Positions 42,277-52,188 of a DNA stretch of 64,000 nucleotides are shown here, piece after piece. Position numbers and translations under genes: made by a program. Every line of letters begins with the position of its first letter. The first letter of the stretch is position 1. Source of the stretch: an uncultured Acidobacteriota bacterium (GTDB lineage Bacteria > Acidobacteriota > UBA6911); contig CAWEJX010000001.1 in assembly GCA_963809485.1 (NCBI GenBank), forward strand, positions 1 through 64,000, read 5' to 3'. Below the pieces are notes generated by a model. It was not told where the DNA came from. It did not search any database and was given only the letters and a program-made list of their open reading frames with translations.

Positions 42277-43251
42277 TCAGCGATCGCGCTGGACGATGTA
42301 TTCGGGGATGCACAGCAGCGCGTCCCGGGCCTGGCTGGCGGGGAAATCCTTTAGGCACTCTTTCGCTTTTTGCGCATAGTCCCGGGCTTTTTCCAGCACA
42401 CGATCCGCCGTGCGGTACTCCCGGACAAGGTTAAAAATCTCGTCCCGGTTCGCGGCGTCGGATTCGCTCTCATGAAGGGCTTTGCGCACCATCTCCCGGT
42501 ATCGGGGTTCGCCGTCGCGCATAAGGTATATCAGAGGGAGCGTCAGCTTCCCTTCCTTCAAATCACTTCCAACCGGTTTGCCGAGCGTGCTTTCGGTCGA
42601 GGTGAAATCAAGGACATCATCCACAAGTTGGAAGGCAAGCCCGACATTCAACCCATAGAGGCGCAGGAGTTCTTCCCTTTTTTTGCCCGCCGTGCCCAGG
42701 ATCCCCCCGAGCTGGGAACAGGCGGAAAACAGGAATGCGGTTTTGCGGATGGAAATATCCAGGTGCTGCTCTTCGGTGATATCCAGGTTTCCGTTTAACG
42801 TAAGCTGGATGAGCTCTCCTTCAACCATTTTGCGCGTAGCTTCTATGAGGACATCCAGCACTTTCAGACGGCGCTCCCCAAGCGCCAGGCTGAAAGATGT
42901 CATGTACAGCCAGTCTCCCACCAGGACGGTGATTTCATTGCCCCACTGGGCATTGACGGAAGCGCGGCCCCGTCGGACGTTTGCATTGTCTATAATATCG
43001 TCGTGAACCAGTGTGGCCGAATGGATCAACTCGACAACAGCGCCCAGCCGCGGCCCAACCGGTCCCTCGTAACCGCACATTTTGGCGCCCAGCAGCAGGA
43101 TAGCGGGCCGTATACGCTTGCCGCCGCTGCCGCAGATATACTGACCGATGCTGTCAATCAGCGCAATGCCCGGAGTCGACTGCCGCGTCAGCTCCACTTC
43201 CACCTGCGCCAGATCCTTCTCGATCAGCTTATAAATTTCATGTGGAGTCAA
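42277..43251 (-). CDS. polyprenyl diphosphate synthase (IspB/HepT-like)
   Basis: GGKRIRP, LVHDDIID..RRG, FQLVDDVLD, GKLTLP. Confidence 0.95.
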   Translation of the reverse strand: MTPHEIYKLIEKDLAQVEVELTRQSTPGIALIDSIGQYICGSGGKRIRPAILLLGAKMCGYEGPVGPRLGAVVELIHSATLVHDDIIDNANVRRGRASVNAQWGNEITVLVGDWLYMTSFSLALGERRLKVLDVLIEATRKMVEGELIQLTLNGNLDITEEQHLDISIRKTAFLFSACSQLGGILGTAGKKREELLRLYGLNVGLAFQLVDDVLDFTSTESTLGKPVGSDLKEGKLTLPLIYLMRDGEPRYREMVRKALHESESDAANRDEIFNLVREYRTADRVLEKARDYAQKAKECLKDFPASQARDALLCIPEYIVQRDR

Positions 43252-43350
43252 TTCGATACTCTCTGCGGCCGTTCATTAGAACTAATAACTCAAAGCACTT
43301 AACGGCATCGATCTTATCATAGCTGGATTGCCGGCAGCCATCAATTCCGA

Positions 43351-43692
43351 CTATTTGAGCAGAGCGCCATTGGACACTTCCTCGCTGAATGTAGCCAGGA
43401 CCGGTCTCCCGTCGACCGAAGCAGCCACGATCATGCCGTTGGACTCCACGCCCATGAGCTTGGCCGGTTTCAAATTAGCCACCACGACGACCTTTCGGTT
43501 CAGCAGGCCGGCAGGCTCGTAAACCTCGGCAATCCCCGCAACCACCTGCCGTACTTCCGTCCCTATATCCACCCTGAGTCGGATCAGTTTGCGCGAGCCT
43601 TCGATCTTTTCCGCTTCCAAAATCTGCCCTACGCGCATCTGTACTTTTGCGAAATCCTCTATGCTTATTTCATTCATCAGTTCTTCGGACAT
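43351..43692 (-). CDS. standalone tRNA-binding OB-fold protein (MetRS C-terminal/Trbp111-like)
   Basis: ISIEDFAKV.MRVG, RQVVAGI, ANLKPAKLMGVESNGM. Confidence 0.92.
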   Translation of the reverse strand: MSEELMNEISIEDFAKVQMRVGQILEAEKIEGSRKLIRLRVDIGTEVRQVVAGIAEVYEPAGLLNRKVVVVANLKPAKLMGVESNGMIVAASVDGRPVLATFSEEVSNGALLK

Positions 43693-43715
43693 TTTTGCTC
43701 CTAATCTCCAAGTCT

Positions 43716-44975
43716 TTAAGGCTCCTGCAAATAGGCATGAATCGCCGCAGCATGAACTTCCTTAAGAGCCACTCCCTTTTCAACCGCCAGGCGGCGGCAG
43801 TCCTCGAATTCCGGCACAAAATTGACCGGCAGCCCGTTGAACATGGATATCTTCATGGTGACTTCTCCGTAGCCGGTTTGAACCTTACGAAACTTGCGCT
43901 GCAGCGTCTTGCGGCGGGCTACGGTGTATCTTATCCCTATGGTTGTGGTCTCGCGGAAGAACACTTCCGCCAGCCGGTCAATGTCCCGGGTGGCGCACAC
44001 GCATGTCACTTTCTGCGCCGGACGGTTTTTCTTCATCTGAATCGGCGTCGAATAGACATCCAGCGCACCGGCCCCAAGGGCCAGTTCCTGGAAATATCCA
44101 TAAATCTGGGGGCTCATGTCGTCGATAGTGGCCTCCATCACAGCCACTTCGTCTTCGGGAGATGCATCAAGTTCTGCCTGGACTTCACCGAGGCTTACCC
44201 TCAAGACATTGGCATTGCCGGGAATCTGCCGTGTACCGGCGCCATATCCCGATGCCAGAATTTTCATCGCCGGCCGCGTCCTGAATTTCGCGACGAGTGT
44301 CGCCAGCAGAACCGCGCCGGTGGGCGTCGTCAGTTCCCCTGTCACTGAATTCGCAAAAATTGGGACATCCTTAAGCAATTCCTGCGCGGCCGGTCCCGGA
44401 ACCGGATAGATCCCATGCTGGCACTCCAGGGTTCCCTGTCCGACATTCACCGGAGACGAAACGACATGAACAGGCAGCAAATCCTCCATGGCGATCATGG
44501 TTCCGACAATATCAATTATGGAATCCACGGCGCCCACTTCGTGGAAATGCACCTTTTCCGCCGGCTGTCCGTGAACCTTCCCTTCCGCTTCGGCCAGCCT
44601 GCGGAACGCCTCCACCGACCTTTCCTTCACCCACGCGGACAGTCCGCTGGATTCGATCATCTGCCTGATATCTGCCAGGCTCCGGTGGCTATGCGAGTGG
44701 CCTGCCTGCACATCAAACTTGGTTGCCTGGATCCCCGAACGGCTGCATTTTTGAGAGGAAATCTGATAGCCCTTAAGCGGAAGAAGATTCAGCTTGTTTC
44801 GCAGCTCCTCGAAATCGCAACCGAGATCGAGGAGAGCCCCGATCATCATATCTCCGCTGATGCCCGAGAATGGTTCAAGGAACAGTATTTTCTCCTCACT
44901 GGTCTTTGATTTGGCTCGCACGTTGGCTCCTCTCGCTTGCAGACTGAGTCTATGGGTCACGTGCCGTGAAGTCAA
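43716..44975 (-). CDS. larC: nickel pincer cofactor biosynthesis protein LarC (start uncertain)
   Basis: SGISGDM.IGAL.D, HFHEVGAVDSI.D, GELTTPTG, MKKNRP, ETTTIGIR, PEFED. Confidence 0.93.
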   Translation of the reverse strand: MTSRHVTHRLSLQARGANVRAKSKTSEEKILFLEPFSGISGDMMIGALLDLGCDFEELRNKLNLLPLKGYQISSQKCSRSGIQATKFDVQAGHSHSHRSLADIRQMIESSGLSAWVKERSVEAFRRLAEAEGKVHGQPAEKVHFHEVGAVDSIIDIVGTMIAMEDLLPVHVVSSPVNVGQGTLECQHGIYPVPGPAAQELLKDVPIFANSVTGELTTPTGAVLLATLVAKFRTRPAMKILASGYGAGTRQIPGNANVLRVSLGEVQAELDASPEDEVAVMEATIDDMSPQIYGYFQELALGAGALDVYSTPIQMKKNRPAQKVTCVCATRDIDRLAEVFFRETTTIGIRYTVARRKTLQRKFRKVQTGYGEVTMKISMFNGLPVNFVPEFEDCRRLAVEKGVALKEVHAAAIHAYLQEP

Positions 44976-44983
44976 GGCGGTGG

Positions 44984-45363
44984 TTAGGGATTAGGGATTA
45001 GGGATTAAGGATTAAGGGAGCTGAGTGTCGAATATCGAACAGACCCGATTATGTAATTCATAATTCTTGATTCCACATACGGCGGTTCAAAAAGCCATAA
45101 CAAAATTTATTGCACATGAAACCAGTTTTGTCTTTTATCGGTTGCCGGTCCTTTTGAGGAGCCAGCAACCCCCGCCTAATCCCTAATCCCTTATAACTAA
45201 TGGCTATTAACTAATCCCCCGCCAAGGCTGGTTGATTAGTGTCTGAGATTTTTTCCCAGGGCTGCTATTTCATGATCAAGATTCACAGCGTGGCCCCAAG
45301 CTGAATCCAAATCCCTAATCCCTAATCCCTAATAACTAATCCCTCGTTAAGGCTGGTTGATTT
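44984..45363. repeat. (TTAGGGA)n / (TCCCTAA)n inverted heptamer arrays with a duplicated right arm
   Basis: G-rich arm 44984-45018; C-rich arms ~45175-45238 and ~45311-45363, both ending AAGGCTGGTTGATT. Confidence 0.85.
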
Positions 45364-45415
45364 GAGCGGATCGTTAGGGTATGTTTTGATCGAACCGTGG
45401 AAAGCTTTGGAAATT

Positions 45416-47386
45416 ATGATACTTGCACTCACACGAAATCTCGAGAAAGCACTCCTTCAAAGGATCGCGGAACGGTACGGCGTCCGCTATGATTCCCTGA
45501 ATTATACAATCCCGCCCAAAATCGAGCTGGGCGAATTGGCGCTGCCGATAGCTTTCGACCTGGCACGCAAGGTTCGCCGTCCCCCGATGGAAATCGCCAG
45601 AGAGCTGGCAGCCGACGCGGCCGGAATCCCCGGTATTTGGAAAGCAGATGTGGCAGGCGGGGGCTATTTAAATTTCCACCTGGATCGGGCAGCGTTTGCA
45701 CTGGAGTTGGCCCGCAGCGTCGCCCGGCAGCGTTTCGGCAGGTCCTCGGGGCCCGAAGAGGCAGGCAAAATCATCGTAGAACATACCAATATTAATCCCA
45801 ACAAAGCGGCACATATCGGGCACTTGCGAAACGCCACCCTGGGTGATTCCTTTGTGCGCTGTCTCCGCTTCCTGGGCTACGAAGTCGAGGTGCAGAACTA
45901 TCTGGACAACACGGGAGTCCAGGTCGCGGATGTCGTCGTCGGGCTCGAGCGCATGGAGGGGAAAATGCTCGCCGACGTGGCGGCGATCGGCGGAAAATTC
46001 GACTACTATTGCTGGGATGTCTATGCCCGGACAACCGATTTCTACCAGCAGGCAGACGAAAACAAAAAGTGGCGCAGCCTGACGCTTCAGGCGATTGAGG
46101 CGGGAGGCAACGCAACCGCCGACCTGGCGCAGCACGTGGCCATGCGTATCGTAAAAGCGCATCTGGCCACCATGGCGCGCATCAATGTGCAGTACGACCT
46201 TCTGCCGCGTGAAAGCGAGATCCTCCACCTGCACTTTTGGGAAACTGCCTACCAGCTGTTACGGGATCGCCGGGCTATATACTTTGTGGACGAGGGAAAG
46301 AACCGGGGCTGCTGGGTTATGAAAACCGGAGATCCGTCGGAAGCCGAAATCTCGCGAGAAGAAGCGGAAGAAGACGAGAAAATTATCGTCCGTTCGGACG
46401 GCACGGTCACTTATGTCGGAAAGGATATCGCCTATCAGCTCTGGAAATTCGGCCTGCTGGGTCTCGATTTCCAATACCGGCTGTTCGATACCAGCGATGG
46501 CCACCGCCTCTGGATCACTTCGACCGAAGCGGATCCCGAGGCGAAACCGCCTGCATTCGGATCTGCCCATCGAGTTTATAACGTGATCGACAGCCGGCAG
46601 GCATATTTGCAGAATATCGTGGTGCAGGGCCTCCAGGCGCTTGGGTTTGAGGAGCAAGCCGGCAATTCGATTCATTTTTCCTATGAGATGGTCGCGTTGA
46701 CGCCGGCCTGCTGTGATGATCTGGGCTTTCCTCTTTCGGAAAACGACAGAAAGCGCCCTTACGTGGAGGTGTCCGGGCGCAAAGGGCTCGGCGTCAAGGC
46801 CGACGACCTCCTGGATGCGCTGGAACGGAAAGCGCTGGCGGAAGTCCACGCTCGGCACTCGCTGCCGGAAGAGGAGTCGGAGAGGATCGCCCGCATCATC
46901 GCGGTGGGAGCTTTGCGATATTTTCTGCTGCGTTTTGCCAGGAACACGGTCATAGCTTTCGACCTGAAGGAAGCCCTCAATTTCGATGGAGAAACAGGCC
47001 CTTACGTCCAGTATGCGGCGGTCCGTGCCAATAACATATTCCGCAAATTGACCGAGTCCGGCGAAAACGCCCCGGGCCTCGAGGGGGTGTTCCCGGATCT
47101 TGGAGAATTTCTTGCCGCCGACAACGAAATATGGGAAATGGTCTACCAGGCGGCGAGATTGCCCGAAGTGGTGCGCCAGATCGCCCAGTCCCTGGAACTG
47201 GGGCAGCTCTGCAAATACGCCTTTTCATTGGCGCAGAGATTCAACCTCTTTTACCATAGACACCACATACTGTCCGAGACAGATGCGCGGCGCAAACAGC
47301 ACCTGCTGCTGGTGGCGGACCTGGTGCGCAGGCAGTTGACGGAGGCGCTGCACCTGCTTGGGTGCGAGGTTCCGCCCAAAATGTGA
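45416..47386 (+). CDS. argS: arginyl-tRNA synthetase
   Basis: EHTNINPNKAAHIGHLRN, RSDGTVTY..KDIAY, GETGPYVQYA, C-terminal PPKM. Confidence 0.96.
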   Translation: MILALTRNLEKALLQRIAERYGVRYDSLNYTIPPKIELGELALPIAFDLARKVRRPPMEIARELAADAAGIPGIWKADVAGGGYLNFHLDRAAFALELARSVARQRFGRSSGPEEAGKIIVEHTNINPNKAAHIGHLRNATLGDSFVRCLRFLGYEVEVQNYLDNTGVQVADVVVGLERMEGKMLADVAAIGGKFDYYCWDVYARTTDFYQQADENKKWRSLTLQAIEAGGNATADLAQHVAMRIVKAHLATMARINVQYDLLPRESEILHLHFWETAYQLLRDRRAIYFVDEGKNRGCWVMKTGDPSEAEISREEAEEDEKIIVRSDGTVTYVGKDIAYQLWKFGLLGLDFQYRLFDTSDGHRLWITSTEADPEAKPPAFGSAHRVYNVIDSRQAYLQNIVVQGLQALGFEEQAGNSIHFSYEMVALTPACCDDLGFPLSENDRKRPYVEVSGRKGLGVKADDLLDALERKALAEVHARHSLPEEESERIARIIAVGALRYFLLRFARNTVIAFDLKEALNFDGETGPYVQYAAVRANNIFRKLTESGENAPGLEGVFPDLGEFLAADNEIWEMVYQAARLPEVVRQIAQSLELGQLCKYAFSLAQRFNLFYHRHHILSETDARRKQHLLLVADLVRRQLTEALHLLGCEVPPKM

Positions 47387-47391
47387 TCGCC

Positions 47392-47853
47392 ATGTTGACC
47401 CTGAGATGGATCGGCTTCATTGTCAGCCTGCTGCTTCAAACCGCCACGGTGCCTTCTTTCCCTGAAGGCGTCCTGAGCCCTTCCGAAAGCCTCAGTGTCA
47501 AAGGGGAAAAAAACATAGAACGTCGCGTTAGGATCTATGAAAACGCATCTGCAAGATATCAAGGCCTTATCGAGGGGGCGATTTCCACCGAGGAATTCCA
47601 GGCCATTCCCGGGAACCTGATGCTTTGGATAGCCCTGCTCGATGAATCTCTCAAGGATATCGAGGCCAATCTCAAATCCAAAAAAAAGTCCCGCGCTCTC
47701 ATCCGTTACGAAATTCAGGTGCGCAAAACCATAACGACGTTGCAGGACAACAGATTCCGTGCTCCGGAAGATCAGCAGGAGGTATTTGATTCCTGTCTTG
47801 CCCGGGCGGGAGAAGTTCGTAAAAGATTCGTGGAAATACTTTTTAAAAACTGA
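47392..47853 (+). CDS. secreted hypothetical helical protein
   Basis: signal-like N-terminus; follows argS directly. Confidence 0.7.
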   Translation: MLTLRWIGFIVSLLLQTATVPSFPEGVLSPSESLSVKGEKNIERRVRIYENASARYQGLIEGAISTEEFQAIPGNLMLWIALLDESLKDIEANLKSKKKSRALIRYEIQVRKTITTLQDNRFRAPEDQQEVFDSCLARAGEVRKRFVEILFKN

Positions 47854-47881
47854 ACGATTGCCCGTTCATCGGGGGCTTCTC

Positions 47882-48424
47882 GTGCAACGCACATATCTGA
47901 TGATTTCCTTGCTTCTGCTTCTAATAATTGCATCTCCCCTGGCCGGCAAGGAGTTCCTGACGGATAAAGAAATCGAGCTGATTCAGGATGCCCAGGAGAT
48001 CGGCCCGAGAACTGTCCTATACATGGACGCAGCCAAAGCGCGCCTCAAGGCGGCCGAAGAAAGGCTTTATGGCAGGGAATCTCTTCCCGGGGATCCGTTC
48101 GAGTTTTTCACGCCGGAAGATATGCTGGAGGGCTACTACCGCATTCTTCAGAGCGTGATGTACAATCTCGATGAGGCGTTCCAGACGCCGGGCTCCAGCC
48201 GGGAGCAGGTTCGAAAGGCGCTGAATGCTTTGAAGAAGACCACGGAGTATGCCGTCAAGGAACTCGAAATTCTCAAGAGACTGGCCGAGGAAAAGCAAAA
48301 GGAGGAGCTCTGGAACCGGATCAATCAAGCAATCGAAATTACCCAGGGGGCATTGGACGGGGCCGAGTCCGGCCTCACCCGGCTGCCGCCGCCGGCTCCA
48401 GACAAGAAATCCCGCAACCGCTAG
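47882..48424 (+). CDS. secreted hypothetical helical protein
   Basis: signal peptide LLLLLIIASPLA; FLTDKEIELIQDAQE. Confidence 0.72.
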   Translation: MQRTYLMISLLLLLIIASPLAGKEFLTDKEIELIQDAQEIGPRTVLYMDAAKARLKAAEERLYGRESLPGDPFEFFTPEDMLEGYYRILQSVMYNLDEAFQTPGSSREQVRKALNALKKTTEYAVKELEILKRLAEEKQKEELWNRINQAIEITQGALDGAESGLTRLPPPAPDKKSRNR

Positions 48425-48442
48425 CCTGCAAGGCCGCTCCTG

Positions 48443-49090
48443 TCAGACATTGCGCCAGAAATCCGGTTCCACGCAGATCATTTTTTGTTTCCAGGTCAGA
48501 TGCTTGCGCCGCTTCAAATCCTGGAGCAGGCGGGACAGGGTTTCGGGGGTGGCGCTGATTGCCGCCGCCAGCTGCTTTTTGTTGATCTCCACATGGATGC
48601 GCTCCCGCTCACCGTACTGCTCAAGGAGGAAAGCCCGCAGGCGCTGTTCCACATCCTGGCTCGTCAACTGCTGGATCTTGTCAGCCAGGTATCTCTGTTT
48701 GCGCAGCAGCATAGCAATGAAATCGTTGCGAAAATCCTCCTGCCGGAGAAGACCGAGCAGGTCGCGGCGCATCAGTTTAAAAACCAGGACATCCGTAAGC
48801 GCAACTGCGGTTACGGGATATAATTTCTTTTCAAACAGAATGACCTCCGCAAAAACCTCGCCCGGCTTGATGATCTTGATCACGGTCTCGCGGCCATCGG
48901 GCGAGAGCTTGTGCAGCGATATGCGCCCCCGCGCCAGGAGATACATCGCCTCCCCGGGCTCCCCTTCGCGAAAAAGCACCGTCTGTTTTTTGCGCTGGCT
49001 CGGAAGGCAGAGACTGGAGAGCGCCTTTTGACTCGATCGCGTAATTCCCTCAAAAAAACCCGCCTGATCCACAATCCGCAGTACATCCAT
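48443..49090 (-). CDS. Crp/Fnr-family regulator (HcpR-like)
   Basis: LFREGEPG..MY.L..G, PGEVFAE, HTH TPETLSRLL; divergent from hcp. Confidence 0.92.
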   Translation of the reverse strand: MDVLRIVDQAGFFEGITRSSQKALSSLCLPSQRKKQTVLFREGEPGEAMYLLARGRISLHKLSPDGRETVIKIIKPGEVFAEVILFEKKLYPVTAVALTDVLVFKLMRRDLLGLLRQEDFRNDFIAMLLRKQRYLADKIQQLTSQDVEQRLRAFLLEQYGERERIHVEINKKQLAAAISATPETLSRLLQDLKRRKHLTWKQKMICVEPDFWRNV

Positions 49091-49146
49091 TTTTCAACCC
49101 TTGAATTTCGGTGCGTTGCTGATAGATTTAAAAAATAGCGGTTTTC

Positions 49147-49160
49147 TTGACCCATATCAA
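49147..49160. promoter_or_regulatory. FNR/HcpR-type operator
   Basis: TTGAC-CCAT-ATCAA, 9/10 match to TTGAT-N4-ATCAA, between the regulator and hcp. Confidence 0.75.
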
Positions 49161-49232
49161 TTTTATAGCGAAAAACACCGCTAAGATATCTGCTGTTGGA
49201 CTTAAAACAAAATCTCACAGGGGGAGCAAATA

Positions 49233-50888
49233 ATGAGCATGTTCTGTTACCAATGCGAACAAACTGCCGCCGGCCGCGGCTGCGAAAAGGTGGGCGTTTG
49301 CGGAAAAGAACCTACTGTGGCAGGTCTGCTGGACCTGCTGCTTTATGCAGCTAAGGGCATCAGCCAATATGCGCACCGGGCGCGCCAACTGGGAGCCAAG
49401 AACCATGAGGCGGATGTTTTTATCCTGGAAGCCCTGTTCACAACCGTGACCAACGTGAATTTCGATCCCGCCCGGATTGAGGAATTGATCCGGAAAGCGG
49501 CGGGGATTAAAAAAGACGTACAGGCCGCCTACGAGGAAGCCTGCCGCCGCGCAGGGAAGCAGGCGGAAAAACCCGAAGGGCCGGCCCAATGGACGCCCGC
49601 GGCATCGCGCGAAGGGCTGCTGGAACAGGCATCCCATATCGGCGTCCGTCAGGCCAGGGCTTCCTTTGGAGACGATCTCGCCGGTCTCTCGGAACTGCTG
49701 ACTTACGGCATGAAGGGTTTTGCCGCGTACGCGGATCATGCCCTTGTGCTTGGCAAAGAGGATGACAAAGTTTATGCATTCACCCATGAAGCGCTGGATT
49801 ACCTGACTCAACCGAATCCTGCTGTGGACAAGCTTCTCGAGCTGAACCTCAAATGCGGCGAAATCAACCTGGCGGTCATGGAGATGCTCGATGCCGCCAA
49901 CACGGGGGCCTACGGCAATCCGGTGCCGACCAAGGTGCGCGTCACTCCGGTGAAAGGCAAGGCGATACTTGTATCGGGCCACGACCTTAAAGATCTCGAA
50001 GAGATTCTCAAGCAAACTCAGGGACAGGGCATCAATGTTTACACCCACGGAGAAATGCTGCCCGCGCACGGCTACCCTGGCCTCAAGAAATATTCCCACC
50101 TGGCGGGAAACTACGGCGGAGCATGGCAGGATCAGGCGAAGGAATTCAACGCATTCCCGGGCGCCATCCTCATGACCACAAACTGCATTCAGATGCCGCG
50201 GGAGGGATACAAAACCAGGATATTCACTTCCGGGCTGGTCGCCTGGCCGGGAGTTCAACACATCGGCGACCGCAACTTCAAGCCGGTGATTGATGCGGCG
50301 CTGGCCGCGCCGGGCTTCGAAGAGGATGCTCCTGAACAGTCGATCCTGGTTGGATTCGGCCACAACACCATTTTGAGTGTGGCGGACAAGGTCATCGATG
50401 CAGTCAAAGCCGGGAAATTGCGGCGCTTCTTCCTGATCGGCGGCTGCGATGGTGCAAAGTCCGGCCGCAATTACTACACCGATTTTGCCAAGGCTGTCCC
50501 GCAGGACTGTGTCATTCTCACTCTGGCCTGCGGCAAGTATCGCTTTAACAAATTGGATTTCGGCGACATCGGCGGCATCCCCCGTCTGCTGGACTGCGGA
50601 CAGTGCAACGATGCCTATTCCGCCATCAAGGTCGCGGGCGCACTGGCGCAGGCGTTTGGCTGCGGCGTCAACGACCTGCCCCTGTCGCTGATCCTCTCCT
50701 GGTACGAGCAGAAGGCATGCGCCATCCTGCTGACGCTGCTCTACCTGGGCATAAAGAACATCCGCCTCGGTCCCAGCCTGCCGGCGTTTGTCACTCCCAA
50801 CGTGCTGAATGTTCTGGTGGAAAAATTCAACATCAAACCGATCACCACGGTTGAAGCGGATCTGAAAGCGGCGATGTCTGCGGCGTAA
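49233..50888 (+). CDS. hcp: hybrid cluster protein (hydroxylamine/NO reductase)
   Basis: MFCYQCEQ..GC..GVCGK, SGHDL, THGEMLP, GGCDG, GQCNDAY, SWYEQKA. Confidence 0.97.
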   Translation: MSMFCYQCEQTAAGRGCEKVGVCGKEPTVAGLLDLLLYAAKGISQYAHRARQLGAKNHEADVFILEALFTTVTNVNFDPARIEELIRKAAGIKKDVQAAYEEACRRAGKQAEKPEGPAQWTPAASREGLLEQASHIGVRQARASFGDDLAGLSELLTYGMKGFAAYADHALVLGKEDDKVYAFTHEALDYLTQPNPAVDKLLELNLKCGEINLAVMEMLDAANTGAYGNPVPTKVRVTPVKGKAILVSGHDLKDLEEILKQTQGQGINVYTHGEMLPAHGYPGLKKYSHLAGNYGGAWQDQAKEFNAFPGAILMTTNCIQMPREGYKTRIFTSGLVAWPGVQHIGDRNFKPVIDAALAAPGFEEDAPEQSILVGFGHNTILSVADKVIDAVKAGKLRRFFLIGGCDGAKSGRNYYTDFAKAVPQDCVILTLACGKYRFNKLDFGDIGGIPRLLDCGQCNDAYSAIKVAGALAQAFGCGVNDLPLSLILSWYEQKACAILLTLLYLGIKNIRLGPSLPAFVTPNVLNVLVEKFNIKPITTVEADLKAAMSAA

Positions 50889-50904
50889 TCAGGGACAATA
50901 AATT

Positions 50905-50933
50905 CGGGAGCTCTGAGAAATTCAGGGCTCCCG
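50905..50933. terminator. hairpin between convergent hcp and cytochrome c genes
   Basis: CGGGAGCTCTGA-GAAAT-TCAGGGCTCCCG. Confidence 0.55.
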
Positions 50934-50965
50934 GTCCCCGCGGGACCCTTCCTTTACCAGCGTGC

Positions 50966-51286
50966 CTACTTCAGGCCCGTAAGAAACGCAATAAGGTCGC
51001 TCAGATCTTTTTCAGGCAGATTCGGATACGGTTTCATGGTTGAGTCCGCCTTCATTTCCTTCGGTGTTTTGATCCATCTTTTCATTACTTCAGGCTTTAG
51101 CTTCGAGCCCACCTGGTCCAGGGCCAGTTTGGGGCCGCCTACGCCCGCGATGGAGTGGCATAATGCGCACTTTTGTGCGGCGTAAACCTCCCGGCCCCTC
51201 TCTGCCGCAGAATCGGCAAAAAAGGCTGTACCGCCGTAAACAATCGCCAGCACGCCGGCAATAAGTCCCACTGCTGCTGCCTTCAT
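50966..51286 (-). CDS. monoheme cytochrome c
   Basis: signal peptide, CALCH, distal MKP. Confidence 0.9.
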   Translation of the reverse strand: MKAAAVGLIAGVLAIVYGGTAFFADSAAERGREVYAAQKCALCHSIAGVGGPKLALDQVGSKLKPEVMKRWIKTPKEMKADSTMKPYPNLPEKDLSDLIAFLTGLK

Positions 51287-51309
51287 AGGTCACCTCACCC
51301 CATAACGGA

Positions 51310-52032
51310 CTATTCAATCTCGCCGTAACCGGAATGATAGCGGGGCGGATTGAAGAAGTGAACTGTCCTTTTTTTAAACACTCCCACGAGCAGCACTCCG
51401 GCAAGAAAGCCGCCTACATGCGCCCAGAAGGCAATGCCGCCGGCATCCCTCCCGCTCGCCATGCTGCCGTTCAGGACCTGAAGAAGAAACCAGAAGCCGA
51501 GGATGAACCCTGCCGGGATATACATAAGCCGCATGAAGAATCCCAGGAAGATCAGAGTCCACACACGCGCCCGAGGGTAGATCATGACATAGGCGCCCAG
51601 CACTCCGGCAATAGCGCCGCTGGCACCGATGGTCGGAACCGTCGATCCCGCACTGGATAGGATATGGGCGATGGACGCCAGGATACCGCATGCCAGATAA
51701 AAGATAAGGAAGCGCACCCTGCCCATGGCTTCCTCGATGTTGTTGCCGAATATCCATAAAAACCACATGTTTCCGATCAGGTGCATCCAACCGCCATGAA
51801 GAAACATGCTGGTAAAGAGGCTTCCCGCAGGCGGGATGACGGCGACATTTCCCGGCAGGCTCTGCGCGCCAACGACCACGGCGGGAATGGCACCGTACCT
51901 GTATGCGAACAGCTGCGACGCGCCCGGCGCCAGCGAAACCTGATAGAGGAAAACCAGCACGTTGACCGCGATCAGCGTCCAGGTAAAGAACGGCGTGATG
52001 GTTGTGGGATTATCGTCTCTTAAAGGAAACAT
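51310..52032 (-). CDS. rhomboid intramembrane serine protease
   Basis: MFPLRD.NP, SMFLHGGWMHLIGNM, GASGAI, AFWAHVGGF. Confidence 0.95.
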   Translation of the reverse strand: MFPLRDDNPTTITPFFTWTLIAVNVLVFLYQVSLAPGASQLFAYRYGAIPAVVVGAQSLPGNVAVIPPAGSLFTSMFLHGGWMHLIGNMWFLWIFGNNIEEAMGRVRFLIFYLACGILASIAHILSSAGSTVPTIGASGAIAGVLGAYVMIYPRARVWTLIFLGFFMRLMYIPAGFILGFWFLLQVLNGSMASGRDAGGIAFWAHVGGFLAGVLLVGVFKKRTVHFFNPPRYHSGYGEIE

Positions 52033-52038
52033 AGCGAA

Positions 52039-52066
52039 TTGACGATTGACGATTGACGATTGACGG
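52039..52066. repeat. tandem heptamer (TTGACGA)x4
   Basis: three exact copies plus TTGACGG, just upstream of the rhomboid start. Confidence 0.9.
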
Positions 52067-52188
52067 TTGGAAACAAATGTTCATTATATTCGGCATCTGA
52101 TGCAAATGTCTTCATGTTGTCCTAGGCGCATCATACTGCACTTGGCCCGTTAAGATAACCCGGCAAAGCCGGCGGGCTGCCGATGTAT

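Noticed and set aside
43716-44975. Lactate racemase (lar) operon
   Set aside because: Only larC is present; larA, larB and larE are not in the window, and a standalone larC is common.
44984-45018. Eukaryotic telomere or contamination
   Set aside because: The period is 7 (TTAGGGA), it is short and intergenic, and it has inverted partners like the other heptamer arrays.
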